Part shown: one piece after another, positions 7,900-17,097 of the stretch
Numbering within the stretch: the first letter of the stretch is position 1
Layout: every line of letters begins with the position of its first letter
NCBI GenBank assembly: GCA_903834855.1
Contig: CAILKS010000022.1
Location: forward strand, 1 to 43,007
Reading direction: 5' to 3'
Origin: an uncultured bacterium
GTDB lineage: Bacteria; Patescibacteriota; Minisyncoccia; Phycocordibacterales; UBA5272
DNA: 43,007 bases
The notes under the pieces: generated by a model
The model's database searches: none
What the model was told of the DNA's origin: nothing
What the model saw: only the letters and a program-made list of their open reading frames with translations
Made by a program: the position numbers and the translations under genes

Positions 7900-9615
7900 A
7901 TGGATACGGCATCAATAAACTCAATAATTAAATCAAGAAAAGAAAAATTTCTCACTGTTTATAAAACACTTACACCTGAGAAAGTAATCGTCGTCTGGCT
8001 ACTTATAATATTGGCCGGTGTTTTACTGTTCGCTTCATTACTTCAAATAAATAACCGTTATCTTTTATCTGTACCCTCTCGTGGTGGATACATACATGAA
8101 GGCATATTAGGAACACCTCGTTTTATTAATCCAGTACTTGCCTCATCTGACGCTGATAAAGATATGGTGGGATTAATTTATGCCGGCCTTACTAAACGTG
8201 ATTATACAGGAAATATAATTCTTGATGTAGCGTCTTCAATAGAAGAAAGTTCTGATAAGCTTCACTATAATATAAAAATAAAACCTGAGGCTCGTTTTAG
8301 TGATAATACACACGTTAAAGCTGATGACTTTATCTATACCATTTCTCTAATACAAAACCCTCTTATAAAAAGTACACACCGTGTTGAATGGGAAGGTATA
8401 ACTATTGAAAAAATTAGTGACTCAGAGTTTTCTATATCACTAAAAAAAGCGTATCCATTATTTATGAATGTCTTAACTATTGGAATACTTCCAAAACATA
8501 TCTGGAAAAATTTAACAGAAGAACAAATTAGTCTAAGTGATTTAAATATTCATGCAATAGGAAGTGGCCCGTTTTATATAAAAAATATTACAAGTGTTTC
8601 TGGTATACCTATATCTTTCACACTTTCAGAAAATAAATACTACACACTTGGACGTCCAAACATACAAGAAGTTGTCATCACAAGTTATCAAAATGAAAAA
8701 TATTTAATTCAAGCTTTTCAAAATGGTGATATAGACAGATTACATGGTGTATCTTCAGAAAATATAGCAGGTTTACAAGTTGCTACAAGCTCTATACGTA
8801 CATCACTTTTGCCTCGTACCTTTAGTGTATTTTTTAATCCAAATAAAACTGATTTCCTTTCTGATAAAAAAATCCGTTCTGCTTTAAATATGGCCATTAA
8901 TAAGCAAGCAATAATAAATGATGTTCTAAAAGGTTACGGAAAAGTTATTGAGACTCCTTTCCCTTTTGATGAAGACCAACCAGAATCTACTTATAATAAA
9001 GAAGGCGCAATAAAAATACTTAGCCAAAGTAAATATTTAAAAAAGGCATCTAGTACTATTGAAATAACTCTATCAACTACAAACAATAGTGAAATGAAAA
9101 AGATAGCTGAAATGATACAAAAAGACTGGGAGGATGTTGGCGTACATACGACTCTAGCTGTTTATGAGGTTGCAGACCTAAACCAAAGTGTTATAAAAGA
9201 AAGAGATTTTCAAGCTTTATTATATGGTTCAATTACCAGCTCTCCTGCTGATTTATATGCGTTTTGGCATTCATCACAGAGATCTTATCCAGGATTAAAC
9301 ATATCTAATTATGTAAGTAAAAAATTAGATTCTAACTTAGAAATAATACGTGAGGACGAAGACGAATTAACTAGAATAAATGCCTATGCTTCAGTAAAAG
9401 CAGAGTTTGCTGATGAAGTTCCGGGAATATTTTTATTTGCTCCATCACTTATATATGTAACTCGTGATTTTGTTAATTCCCCTCTTCCTATATATAGTTT
9501 AGATAATTCTTCAAGATTTGATCTTGTATCTTCTTGGTATAGATATACGGAGAAAGTTTGGCCTAAGACATATTACAAAAAATTATTAACAACATTAGAA
9601 AATATTATTCATTAA
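7900..9615 (+). CDS. Peptide ABC transporter substrate-binding protein (family 5), membrane anchored
   Basis: N-terminal TM helix, GTPRFINPVL, FSD..VKADD..YT, IGSGPF, R.ALN.AINK. Confidence 0.88.
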   Translation: MDTASINSIIKSRKEKFLTVYKTLTPEKVIVVWLLIILAGVLLFASLLQINNRYLLSVPSRGGYIHEGILGTPRFINPVLASSDADKDMVGLIYAGLTKRDYTGNIILDVASSIEESSDKLHYNIKIKPEARFSDNTHVKADDFIYTISLIQNPLIKSTHRVEWEGITIEKISDSEFSISLKKAYPLFMNVLTIGILPKHIWKNLTEEQISLSDLNIHAIGSGPFYIKNITSVSGIPISFTLSENKYYTLGRPNIQEVVITSYQNEKYLIQAFQNGDIDRLHGVSSENIAGLQVATSSIRTSLLPRTFSVFFNPNKTDFLSDKKIRSALNMAINKQAIINDVLKGYGKVIETPFPFDEDQPESTYNKEGAIKILSQSKYLKKASSTIEITLSTTNNSEMKKIAEMIQKDWEDVGVHTTLAVYEVADLNQSVIKERDFQALLYGSITSSPADLYAFWHSSQRSYPGLNISNYVSKKLDSNLEIIREDEDELTRINAYASVKAEFADEVPGIFLFAPSLIYVTRDFVNSPLPIYSLDNSSRFDLVSSWYRYTEKVWPKTYYKKLLTTLENIIH

Positions 9616-9630
9616 AATTAACAAAAAAAT

Positions 9631-11517
9631 ATGACAACAAATAACACAGCAGAAGGAGGAGAATTAATAATAGAATCTCCTATCGGAATAACCACACCCC
9701 CACCAGCACAAACACGTAAACCGTTTGATCGTAATAGTGGTGGACGCGGTAGATCAGGTGGTAGTAGAGGTCGCCCTGTATCTGGTCCAAAATTTGATAC
9801 AACAATATCAACGAAAAGAGAAACTGACCACATCCCACCATTAAAAGATGGCGACATTCGTGTGATACATTTTGGTGGAGTAGAAGAGATCGGAAGAAAT
9901 ATGAGTATGATTGAATATAAAGATTCAATCATTGTAGTTGACTGTGGAGTACAATTTACAGAAACTCACACACCTGGTATTGATTTTATTTTACCAAATG
10001 CAAAATATCTAGAAGAAAACCGTCACAAAATAAAAGGTGTGATGATAACTCATGGGCACTTGGATCACATTGGAGCTATTCCTTATATCATGCCACGTAT
10101 TGGTAATCCTCAGATCTATGCACGCTTATTTACTTCACTTATGATAAAGAAGCGTCAGGAAGAATTTCCTCATCTTTCACCGCTTACAATAAACGTTGTG
10201 GAGAAGGAGGATTCCCTATCTTTTGGAGACCTTAAAATAAGATTTTTTGGAGTATCCCACGCTATACCGGATGCTATGGGTATTATTGTTGAGACTCCAC
10301 TTGGAGATATTGTTCACACTGGAGATCTTCGTCTTGATCATGATAATGATATACCAACAGATACAGAAGTTGAACGCTACAAGATTTTTGAAAATAAAAA
10401 TGTTCTCCTTCTTATGGCAGATTCTACGAATTGTGAAAACCCAGGATTTTCTATTTCTGATCGTGTAGTATTTAAAAATATTGAAAATGTTATTAAAGAT
10501 ACACCAGGAAGATTAATTGTTAGTACTTTCGCCTCTCAGGTGGAGCGCATGATATATATGTTAAAAACTGCTGAGGATTATGGTAAGAAAGTGGTTATTG
10601 AAGGCCGAAGTATGAAAACTAACGTAGAAGTAGCGCGCCTTGCTGATATGCTTCATATTCGCCCAGAAACACTCATCCCTATCGAAGATTTACAGCGTTA
10701 TCCTGATAATAAAGTAGTTATAATGGCCACAGGTGCTCAAGGTGAGGAATTTGCTGCATTGGGCCGTATTGCTAATAAAACACACAAATACGTGCGTTTA
10801 ACCCCACGTGACACCATATTAATGTCTTCATCTATAGTTCCTGGTAACGAGCGTGCTGTACAAAACTTGAAAGATAAACTTTCTCGCCAAGGAGCTCATC
10901 TAATACACTATAAGACATCTGATATACATTCATCAGGTCACGCGAATTCTGAAGAACTTGTTTGGATACACCGAAAAATTCATCCTAAGTTTTTTATTCC
11001 AGTTCATGGATATCACTATATGCTTCGTATGCATGCTGATATAGAAAAACGTTTAGGTATGATGGAAGAAAATATTCTTGTCCCAGATAATGGAATGATT
11101 ATTGAAATCCAAAATGAAGGAAAGAAAATTGTGGCGTTGAAAGAAAAGGCACCTTGCGAATTAATTGTTGTTGATGGAACTTCAGTTGGAAAAATTCAAG
11201 ATGTTGTTATGCGTGATCGTCAAACACTTGCAGAAGATGGTATGTTTGTTGTAATCGGTGTTATTGATAGTCACACTCATACATTGAAAAAATCCCCTGA
11301 CTTGATTTCTCGTGGATTCGTTTATCTAAAAGAATCTCAAGAACTTCTCTATCAAACAAGACTTCTAACTAAAAAAGTTATAGAGGACTCACTTGCTAAG
11401 GGTGGTTTTGTAAACTTAGATCAAATGAAACAAGATATATCGGAAGCAACTACGAAATTCTTGTTACAAAAAACTGCAAAGCGACCCGTTATCATACCGG
11501 TAATAATTAGTATATAG
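9631..11517 (+). CDS. rnj: Ribonuclease J
   Basis: GGVEEIGRNM, THGHLDHIGA, HTGD, TGAQGE, IHSSGHA, PVHG. Confidence 0.96.
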   Translation: MTTNNTAEGGELIIESPIGITTPPPAQTRKPFDRNSGGRGRSGGSRGRPVSGPKFDTTISTKRETDHIPPLKDGDIRVIHFGGVEEIGRNMSMIEYKDSIIVVDCGVQFTETHTPGIDFILPNAKYLEENRHKIKGVMITHGHLDHIGAIPYIMPRIGNPQIYARLFTSLMIKKRQEEFPHLSPLTINVVEKEDSLSFGDLKIRFFGVSHAIPDAMGIIVETPLGDIVHTGDLRLDHDNDIPTDTEVERYKIFENKNVLLLMADSTNCENPGFSISDRVVFKNIENVIKDTPGRLIVSTFASQVERMIYMLKTAEDYGKKVVIEGRSMKTNVEVARLADMLHIRPETLIPIEDLQRYPDNKVVIMATGAQGEEFAALGRIANKTHKYVRLTPRDTILMSSSIVPGNERAVQNLKDKLSRQGAHLIHYKTSDIHSSGHANSEELVWIHRKIHPKFFIPVHGYHYMLRMHADIEKRLGMMEENILVPDNGMIIEIQNEGKKIVALKEKAPCELIVVDGTSVGKIQDVVMRDRQTLAEDGMFVVIGVIDSHTHTLKKSPDLISRGFVYLKESQELLYQTRLLTKKVIEDSLAKGGFVNLDQMKQDISEATTKFLLQKTAKRPVIIPVIISI

Positions 11518-11547
11518 AGATTGGAGAATGGGAAATTTTATACTTTT

Positions 11548-11673
11548 GTAAATTATAGTTACAAAAGGTCTAAGGTCTAATTTCTAATTCACCTAATGGA
11601 ATGCGGGTGCTAAAGTATTTTTATTAGACCTTAGAAATTAGGTTAATTAGGCCTTGGTAAATTATAGTTACAA
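11548..11673. repeat. 92-bp heptamer-armed inverted element flanked by exact 17-bp direct repeats
   Basis: gtaaattatagttacaa at 11548-11564 and 11657-11673; arms aaggtctaaggtctaatttctaa / ttagaccttagaaattagg. Confidence 0.88.
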
Positions 11674-11689
11674 TTTTGTATTTTATATA

Positions 11690-11723
11690 TTACTGCCCAC
11701 TAGTCACTGCTTACTGCTCACTG
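11690..11723. repeat. Heptamer array (YYACTRN family) abutting the MFS promoter
   Basis: ttactgc ccactag tcactgc ttactgc tcactg. Confidence 0.75.
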
Positions 11724-11739
11724 TATACTATAAACACAT

Positions 11740-12909
11740 ATGCAAGCTATAACTCGCAATAAACTTCTTCTTGCAACATTTTTGATGACTATACTTTATG
11801 CCTTTCATTACGGCATACCTTTATATGTAACATCAACTTATTTGCATATATATTTTGGCTCATCTACCATATCGTCACTCTATGTAATTGCTAGCTTGGT
11901 TACATTGTTAGCGTCAATACATACAGCTAAATATATAAAAAAATTCCATACCTATACTTTTACAATGATGCTCGTTATTGCTGAAATGATAGTTATGACA
12001 GCTTTTGCTATAACAAAAAATCCTATACTGATTGGTTTATTTTTTGTCGTTCATTTTTGTCTACAAACATTGTTATATATATTAATAAATGTATTTGTAG
12101 AAACCTTTAGCAAACAGGCAAACACTGGAAGTGTCAGAGGAATATTTTTAGTTTTACTAAACCTTGGAATACTTATTTCACCAATTATTGGAGGAGCTAT
12201 ATTAACAAGAGGATCTTTCGCGGCACTTTATATAGTATCAACTGTTATATTAGTTCCTTTTATGTTTTTTCTACATCAATATTTAAATCATATAGAAGAA
12301 CCAGCTTATCATAGTGTAGATATGATCAGCGCCCTTAAACGTGCCTGGAAAAATAAAGACTTAAAAGGAGCATTAATTGCCTCATTAATGCTTGAATGTT
12401 TTTATGCTGTTATGGTTATTTATTCACCCATATATTTAGCATCACTTGGAATACCTCTTGTAATATATTTATCTGTTATATTACCTTTCGCTTTATTACC
12501 ATTTATAATTTTGCCATATGAGCTAGGCTGGCTGGCAGATACAAAAATTGGTGAGAAAGAACTTATGATTTTAGGATTAATTATTGTCTCAGTTTCTTTG
12601 TTTTTAATGGTAATTGTAAATACTCCAAATATAATACTTTGGATTTTAATACTTTTGCTTTCTCGCATAGGTGCAGCTTGTGTTGAAACAATGACTTATA
12701 CTTATTACTTTAAAAAAATATCTGCTGAGGATACTTCTTTAACAGCTTTATTTAGTAATACAAGAAGCCTGGCAATTATAATAATTGGAGCTCTTGGATT
12801 TTTAATAAATCCACTACTTGCGACTTATCCGCAAATAATATTTATAATTCTAGGTTCAGTAATATTATTTAGTATTTTATACATAATACCTATTAAAGAT
12901 ACTCGTTAA
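11740..12909 (+). CDS. MFS transporter
   Basis: 389 aa, about 12 hydrophobic segments, GWLADTKIGEK loop motif. Confidence 0.85.
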   Translation: MQAITRNKLLLATFLMTILYAFHYGIPLYVTSTYLHIYFGSSTISSLYVIASLVTLLASIHTAKYIKKFHTYTFTMMLVIAEMIVMTAFAITKNPILIGLFFVVHFCLQTLLYILINVFVETFSKQANTGSVRGIFLVLLNLGILISPIIGGAILTRGSFAALYIVSTVILVPFMFFLHQYLNHIEEPAYHSVDMISALKRAWKNKDLKGALIASLMLECFYAVMVIYSPIYLASLGIPLVIYLSVILPFALLPFIILPYELGWLADTKIGEKELMILGLIIVSVSLFLMVIVNTPNIILWILILLLSRIGAACVETMTYTYYFKKISAEDTSLTALFSNTRSLAIIIIGALGFLINPLLATYPQIIFIILGSVILFSILYIIPIKDTR

Positions 12910-12920
12910 TAAAAAACAAA

Positions 12921-13613
12921 ATGAAAACTATACAAGTTAAAATTGATGAGGTAACTCGTCTCAATAAATTCTTAAGCGAACAAGGTATTGTCTCTAGAAG
13001 AAATGCAGATGAGCTTATAAAAAATAAACTAGTAACAATTAATGAGAAAGTTGCTGTGCTTGGCGACAAAGTAAAAACTGGTGACATTGTTTCATTTAAA
13101 AAAATAGAAACACCTCTTACCTATGCTCTCTACTATAAACCTCGTGGAGAAATTACAGGAAGGATTCCAAGTCTTCCTGGATGCGAACCAATCGGAAGAC
13201 TAGATAAAGAAAGTGAAGGTCTACTTCTTTATACAAATGATTACAGGGTTGTAGATGCTGTACTTCACCCAATACACGCACGAGAAAAAGAATATGAAGT
13301 ACAAGTACGTGAAAAGACAACACCTCGAGTTGTTACATTACTTAAGCGTGGTATAAAAACTCAAGAAGCTACTTATTCCCCTGTTAAAAGTGTTCAAATA
13401 TATGGAGAAGGACGCAGTATTCGTATTATTATTACCGAAGGAAAAAAACATGAGATTCGCAGAATGTTAAACGCTCTTAACTTAACAGTGCTATCTCTTA
13501 AGCGAGTTCGTATTATGTCTTTTGTATCTCACGGATTGAAAGCTGGTACACCACATATATTAAGTCCAAAACAAAAAGAAACTTTATTGAAAGACTGTGG
13601 AGTAGAGGGATAA
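12921..13613 (+). CDS. rRNA pseudouridine synthase, RsuA/RluB/RluF family with S4 domain
   Basis: RLNKFL..SRRNAD S4 domain, YKPRG, GRLDKESEGLLL.TND, EGKKHEIRRM. Confidence 0.92.
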   Translation: MKTIQVKIDEVTRLNKFLSEQGIVSRRNADELIKNKLVTINEKVAVLGDKVKTGDIVSFKKIETPLTYALYYKPRGEITGRIPSLPGCEPIGRLDKESEGLLLYTNDYRVVDAVLHPIHAREKEYEVQVREKTTPRVVTLLKRGIKTQEATYSPVKSVQIYGEGRSIRIIITEGKKHEIRRMLNALNLTVLSLKRVRIMSFVSHGLKAGTPHILSPKQKETLLKDCGVEG

Positions 13614-13720
13614 TATTCAATGAAACAATATTCAATAATTAATGAAGCATTCATATTGTATTATTAAATGTATATTATCTCTATTCTAATTATATATTGA
13701 GTATTGTTTCATTGAATATT
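13612..13720. repeat. 26-bp inverted repeat built from TATTCAA-type units
   Basis: 13612-13637 matches the reverse complement of 13695-13720 at 25/26; more right-arm units at ~13750-13790. Confidence 0.85.
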
Positions 13721-13820
13721 TATTGCGTCTGTATCTTCGTGTCTGTTTAAATATTGAATATTAAAAAACATTGAATATTTTGAGTATTCTCAACATGTGA
13801 ATAACTCTCTTGTCTAGCCC

Positions 13821-13848
13821 TTGAGTATAACTTGTGGTTTGATACACT
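13821..13848 (+). promoter_or_regulatory. Sigma70-like promoter with no convincing downstream CDS
   Basis: TTGAGT-N16-TACACT with a TG extension. Confidence 0.5.
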
Positions 13849-13854
13849 AATTAG

Positions 13855-14162
13855 TAGACAGTTGTTTCATTATCAGCTTTTAGTACCAGGAAAGAACATT
13901 AATAAGTTCTTGAAGTCTATGAGATGAGATTGGACTTATAAACCGATCTCGTCTATGCCGATAAAAAAGCAGATGCGGCTTCAAACAACTGGAAGTAACA
14001 TATTCTAAAGTTTGAAAAAGTTTTGGAAGAATTGCTAACAATAAAAACGGAAGCCTAAGAAGCAACCGCAACGCATCAAACAAAGACGTCGAATTTATTT
14101 AAAAAATAATTAAGACAAAACAGAAACCGCCATACTTACCAGAGGGGCGGTTTTTGTTTTTT
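13855..14162 (+). ncRNA. Candidate structured small RNA, family unknown
   Basis: Upstream promoter, nested stems CAGTTGTTT/AAACAACTG, GCTTTT/AAAAGC, AAGAAC/GTTCTT, AGATGAGATTGG/CCGATCTCGTCT, and a terminator at the end. Confidence 0.35.
14117..14162 (+). terminator. Intrinsic terminator-like hairpin
   Basis: aaaacagaaaccgcc / ggcggtttttgtttt with a T run. Confidence 0.6.
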
Positions 14163-14164
14163 AT

Positions 14165-14815
14165 CCATATATTGCTCCATCTACTTCGCTATTAAAAATT
14201 TTTATTCCTGCGCCGTATATCTATATACGTCTTAGTCTTAAAAACTTTTAATAACTCGTATCTGAAACAATATCTGAATAAAAAATATAGTTGGTCTACT
14301 TTGTCGTGGGTCCCTGCCGACTTCGCAAGCGGTGCGGTAACTACGTCTCCTCGTTGGCCTTCCCGCGCCGCGTATTTGTCGCTGTAAAAAAGTAACTACG
14401 AGTTTTGTTTTTATCCATGCCTTGTATCTATCAGTTTATAAAAAACAAAGAATTAGATTTTGCCTAAGACGCATCTGCTTCGTTAGAAAGAAATTTTATT
14501 TTGGCTAGCGAGGAGTTAAATAAAAAAGTAATCTTTTATATTTAATCCGAGCGACGACAAAAAACTCTTTCGTCAACGTACTACTTGTACGTCTCCTCAT
14601 AAAATTTCTTTCTGCCTTGCATCTATCGTCTTATGCAAACAAAAGTTTGGATTTAATCGCAAAAATTTCCTGCGCCTCGTCTCTGTATCCTTATAAAAAA
14701 GAAACTGTGTGAGCCTCGTATCTATTGTCTTATACAAACAAAGGTTTGGATTTAATTACAAAAAATTTCTGCGCCTTGCATCCGTCGTCTTATGCCAACA
14801 AAAAAGTTATCTAAA
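14165..14815 (-). repeat. Cluster of ~120-nt hairpin-family repeats: three full or degenerate copies plus tandem half copies
   Basis: Copies at ~14169-14272, ~14290-14380 and ~14461-14636 share GATRCRAG...GAGGAGACGTA...GAAGYAGA-type motifs on the minus strand; 99-bp periodic half units at 14614 and 14713. Confidence 0.75.
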
Positions 14816-14889
14816 AATATAATAAAAAATAGCTATGATAAAAGGTAACCCGAGTATTAGTGAAATTAATTTTTTATCTGGTTCAGTCA

Positions 14890-14925
14890 TTTTTTTGAAA
14901 ATTGATAATTGATAATTGATAATTA
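14890..14925 (-). repeat. Solo heptamer array (TTGAWAA)n
   Basis: ttttttgaaaattgataattgataattgataatt. Confidence 0.88.
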
Positions 14926-14940
14926 CTCATTTATCCTAAA

Positions 14941-15876
14941 TTAATGATTATTTATAAATGAGTGCACGTATTGCCCTAAATTTACCCCTGTTGTTGCTAA
15001 TGATTGCAAGAAACGTCCGTCCTTTGAAAGCGACGGCTTAACATCGACATTAATGACCATATAGCCGTCTTTGTATGGGATCATGTCAATTAACGCATGA
15101 CCTGAAAGGGCAAGCGCTTCATAGGCAGATTCTGCCGCTTTACGTATAGCCTCATTCTCTTCTTCCCCTGCTTTAAATACTGCTCTCATTGGATGATCTT
15201 TCCTCGGTATAGATTTTAACGGAGCAAAAGTTTCCACAGCAAGTGGAGTGTACAGTTTATTTCCTCTAAATTTTGGAAGTACGGCAATGGATAAAGTTCT
15301 TGTGGGTTTATATGTAAATATATGAACATCTATATTATCATTATGATAATCAGCTAAAACTTTTTCTAAGTCTGTATATTGACGAACTAAAACTGATTCA
15401 TGTTCTCTATCTTTTTTAAGAGGCCTTACCATAAGTGGCGTGTGGAAAGTATTCCATACTGTTCTAAAAGTTTCTTTTGGTGTTTCTGTGTTTGCTCTTA
15501 CAACTAATGTTTTTGGAGTTGGTAATCCATGCTGACGAAACAGCCTATACATATCTTCTCTGTCTAACGTTATAGAATCATCATGAGAAAGAAGTAGCGG
15601 TATCCACATTTTTTTAGCAAGCTCTCTATGTGGTGCTTCTATATCTTGTGTTGTGTCGACAACATAATCAGCAATTGTAAAAACATAATGAGCATCTGTT
15701 GGTCTTCCTTTCATCGTCCAATTACCATCAACATCAATTAAAATATCGAGTGGCTCATATCCAATTCCCGTTAAAGAACGCAAAATATCTTGACCGTCTA
15801 AGAGAGACTGATTTGAATTAATCGTACCTCCACGAATGACTGCAATAATGTATGGAATAGCCGCTGTTGAATTCAT
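14941..15876 (-). CDS. Degenerate D-Ala-D-Ala ligase-like ATP-grasp protein (start re-assigned to 15876)
   Basis: IAVIRGG...SL..G N-terminus, IDVDGNW, HGLPTP, ALIDMI, NVDVKPSL follow the Ddl layout; TGCTATACT lies 7 nt upstream of ATG 15876. Confidence 0.7.
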   Translation of the reverse strand: MNSTAAIPYIIAVIRGGTINSNQSLLDGQDILRSLTGIGYEPLDILIDVDGNWTMKGRPTDAHYVFTIADYVVDTTQDIEAPHRELAKKMWIPLLLSHDDSITLDREDMYRLFRQHGLPTPKTLVVRANTETPKETFRTVWNTFHTPLMVRPLKKDREHESVLVRQYTDLEKVLADYHNDNIDVHIFTYKPTRTLSIAVLPKFRGNKLYTPLAVETFAPLKSIPRKDHPMRAVFKAGEEENEAIRKAAESAYEALALSGHALIDMIPYKDGYMVINVDVKPSLSKDGRFLQSLATTGVNLGQYVHSFINNH

Positions 15877-15895
15877 GATTATAGTATAGCAAAAA

Positions 15896-15940
15896 TAGGT
15901 TTTAGGTTGTAGGTGATAGGTTGTAGAAACTGAAAAATAC
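15896..15940. repeat. Heptamer array (TAGGTTG family) followed by AAATAC
   Basis: taggttt taggttg taggtga taggttg tag ... aaaatac. Confidence 0.78.
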
Positions 15941-15981
15941 ACAGACTTGCTAATTTAATATACATTTATTAAAATAAAGTT

Positions 15982-16128
15982 CTCTACGTATTATTTTCAT
16001 GTCGCCGTAAGACTTCCCATTACGCTGTTTCATGGATAATAAGGCTAAGGTATGCCAACTAATGGGTCGTAGCCTACTGACTACCTGTGACTGGCGGGAG
16101 ATTTAATCTCCCGACCAGTTTTCTTTTT
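15982..16128 (+). ncRNA. Candidate small RNA with possible pseudoknot
   Basis: TTGCTA-N17-TAAAAT at 15947-15975, two hairpins, and a terminator at 16090-16128. Confidence 0.35.
16090..16128 (+). terminator. Intrinsic terminator
   Basis: actggcgggagat / atctcccgaccagt followed by tttcttttt. Confidence 0.65.
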
Positions 16129-16148
16129 AACTAATAACCAATATATAA

Positions 16149-16183
16149 AAATACAGGTGGCCACTTCGTGGCCACCTGTATTT
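16149..16183. repeat. 35-bp perfect palindrome, REP-like, copy 1
   Basis: aaatacaggtggccac-ttc-gtggccacctgtattt; identical to 25858-25892. Confidence 0.92.
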
Positions 16184-16216
16184 ACTTTCAACTTTATGGA
16201 CTTTATAAACTTTTGA

Positions 16217-16747
16217 CTACTTGCCTACTTTCAAAAGTTCTACTTCAAAAATCAAATCTGAATTAGCTGGAATAGCTCCATTACCCATATCCTGCGCTCC
16301 ATATCCAAGAGCTGCTGGTATCGCCAAAATTCTCTTACCACCAACTTTCATACCCTCGACACCCATATCCCATCCTTTTATAACCTGACCACCACCTAAA
16401 GTAAATGTAAATCCTGTATCACCATGATTCTTAGATGCATCAAAGATTTTACCATTTGTTAAAGCTCCAACATATTGAACAGTAACACTATCTCCTTTTT
16501 TAGCTACAGCACCAGTACCCACTACTTCATCTTTTAATTGAAGATCTGTTAATGGTGCTATTGGTGTTGATGTTGCCACGGTTGTTGTTGAATTATTTGT
16601 TGTAACTGATTCTTCCTTTACCTCAGCAGTAACTTCTGTGTTAGTTTCTGCTACTTCAGGTTTATCCTGTTTAGTCATTTGTGTAAATAACATGCCTAAA
16701 GCCACTAATACAACCACGACAATAATTCCTATATTTGTTGATTTCAT
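16217..16747 (-). CDS. FKBP-type peptidyl-prolyl isomerase with N-terminal anchor
   Basis: VTVQYVG.L.NGKIFDAS, F.FTLG.GQVIKGWD.GV.GMKVGGKR, LIFEVELL. Confidence 0.95.
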   Translation of the reverse strand: MKSTNIGIIVVVVLVALGMLFTQMTKQDKPEVAETNTEVTAEVKEESVTTNNSTTTVATSTPIAPLTDLQLKDEVVGTGAVAKKGDSVTVQYVGALTNGKIFDASKNHGDTGFTFTLGGGQVIKGWDMGVEGMKVGGKRILAIPAALGYGAQDMGNGAIPANSDLIFEVELLKVGK

Positions 16748-16850
16748 ATTTTATTAATTTTTAATTTCTAATTTTATTTTATTTTAACACGGACAACTAT
16801 CTTGTTCAAAGAAACTTTATTTATTTTCTATCATATTATTTTAATTTTTA

Positions 16851-16969
16851 AGCTTTCAGTTTTGGATGAATTTCGAGGCGTCGAGTGTGCAAGCATGGAA
16901 ACGTACTATGGCGTACGTTGAGATGCGAGCACACGATGACAACAAAGAAATTCGCCAAAAATGGAAGCT
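16851..16969 (+). repeat. ~120-nt hairpin-family repeat
   Basis: Imperfect palindrome with GGATG...CGAGG...GGAAACGTAC-N6-GTACGTTGA...ACAAAG...CGCC. Confidence 0.88.
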
Positions 16970-16975
16970 ATATTA

Positions 16976-17097
16976 TTTTCTAAAGAAATTGGATGCAGTA
17001 CGAGGAGCCCAGGAATTTTTCGAGGAGACGTACTAACGTGTACGTTGACGAGAAAAATTACGTAGCGACAAAGTAATGCGCCAATTTCTTTAGAAAA
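16976..17097 (+). repeat. ~120-nt hairpin-family repeat
   Basis: 17-bp perfect basal stem ttttctaaagaaattgg/ccaatttctttagaaaa and the same internal motifs. Confidence 0.9.

Noticed and set aside
14030..14102. tmRNA-like tag frame beginning ANNKNG
   Set aside because: No tRNA-like acceptor or T-arm ends, and the peptide lacks an Ala-rich C-terminus.
14410..14815. Possible degenerate CRISPR array
   Set aside because: Spacing is irregular, intervening sequences are themselves duplicated, and the units are arm fragments of the hairpin family.
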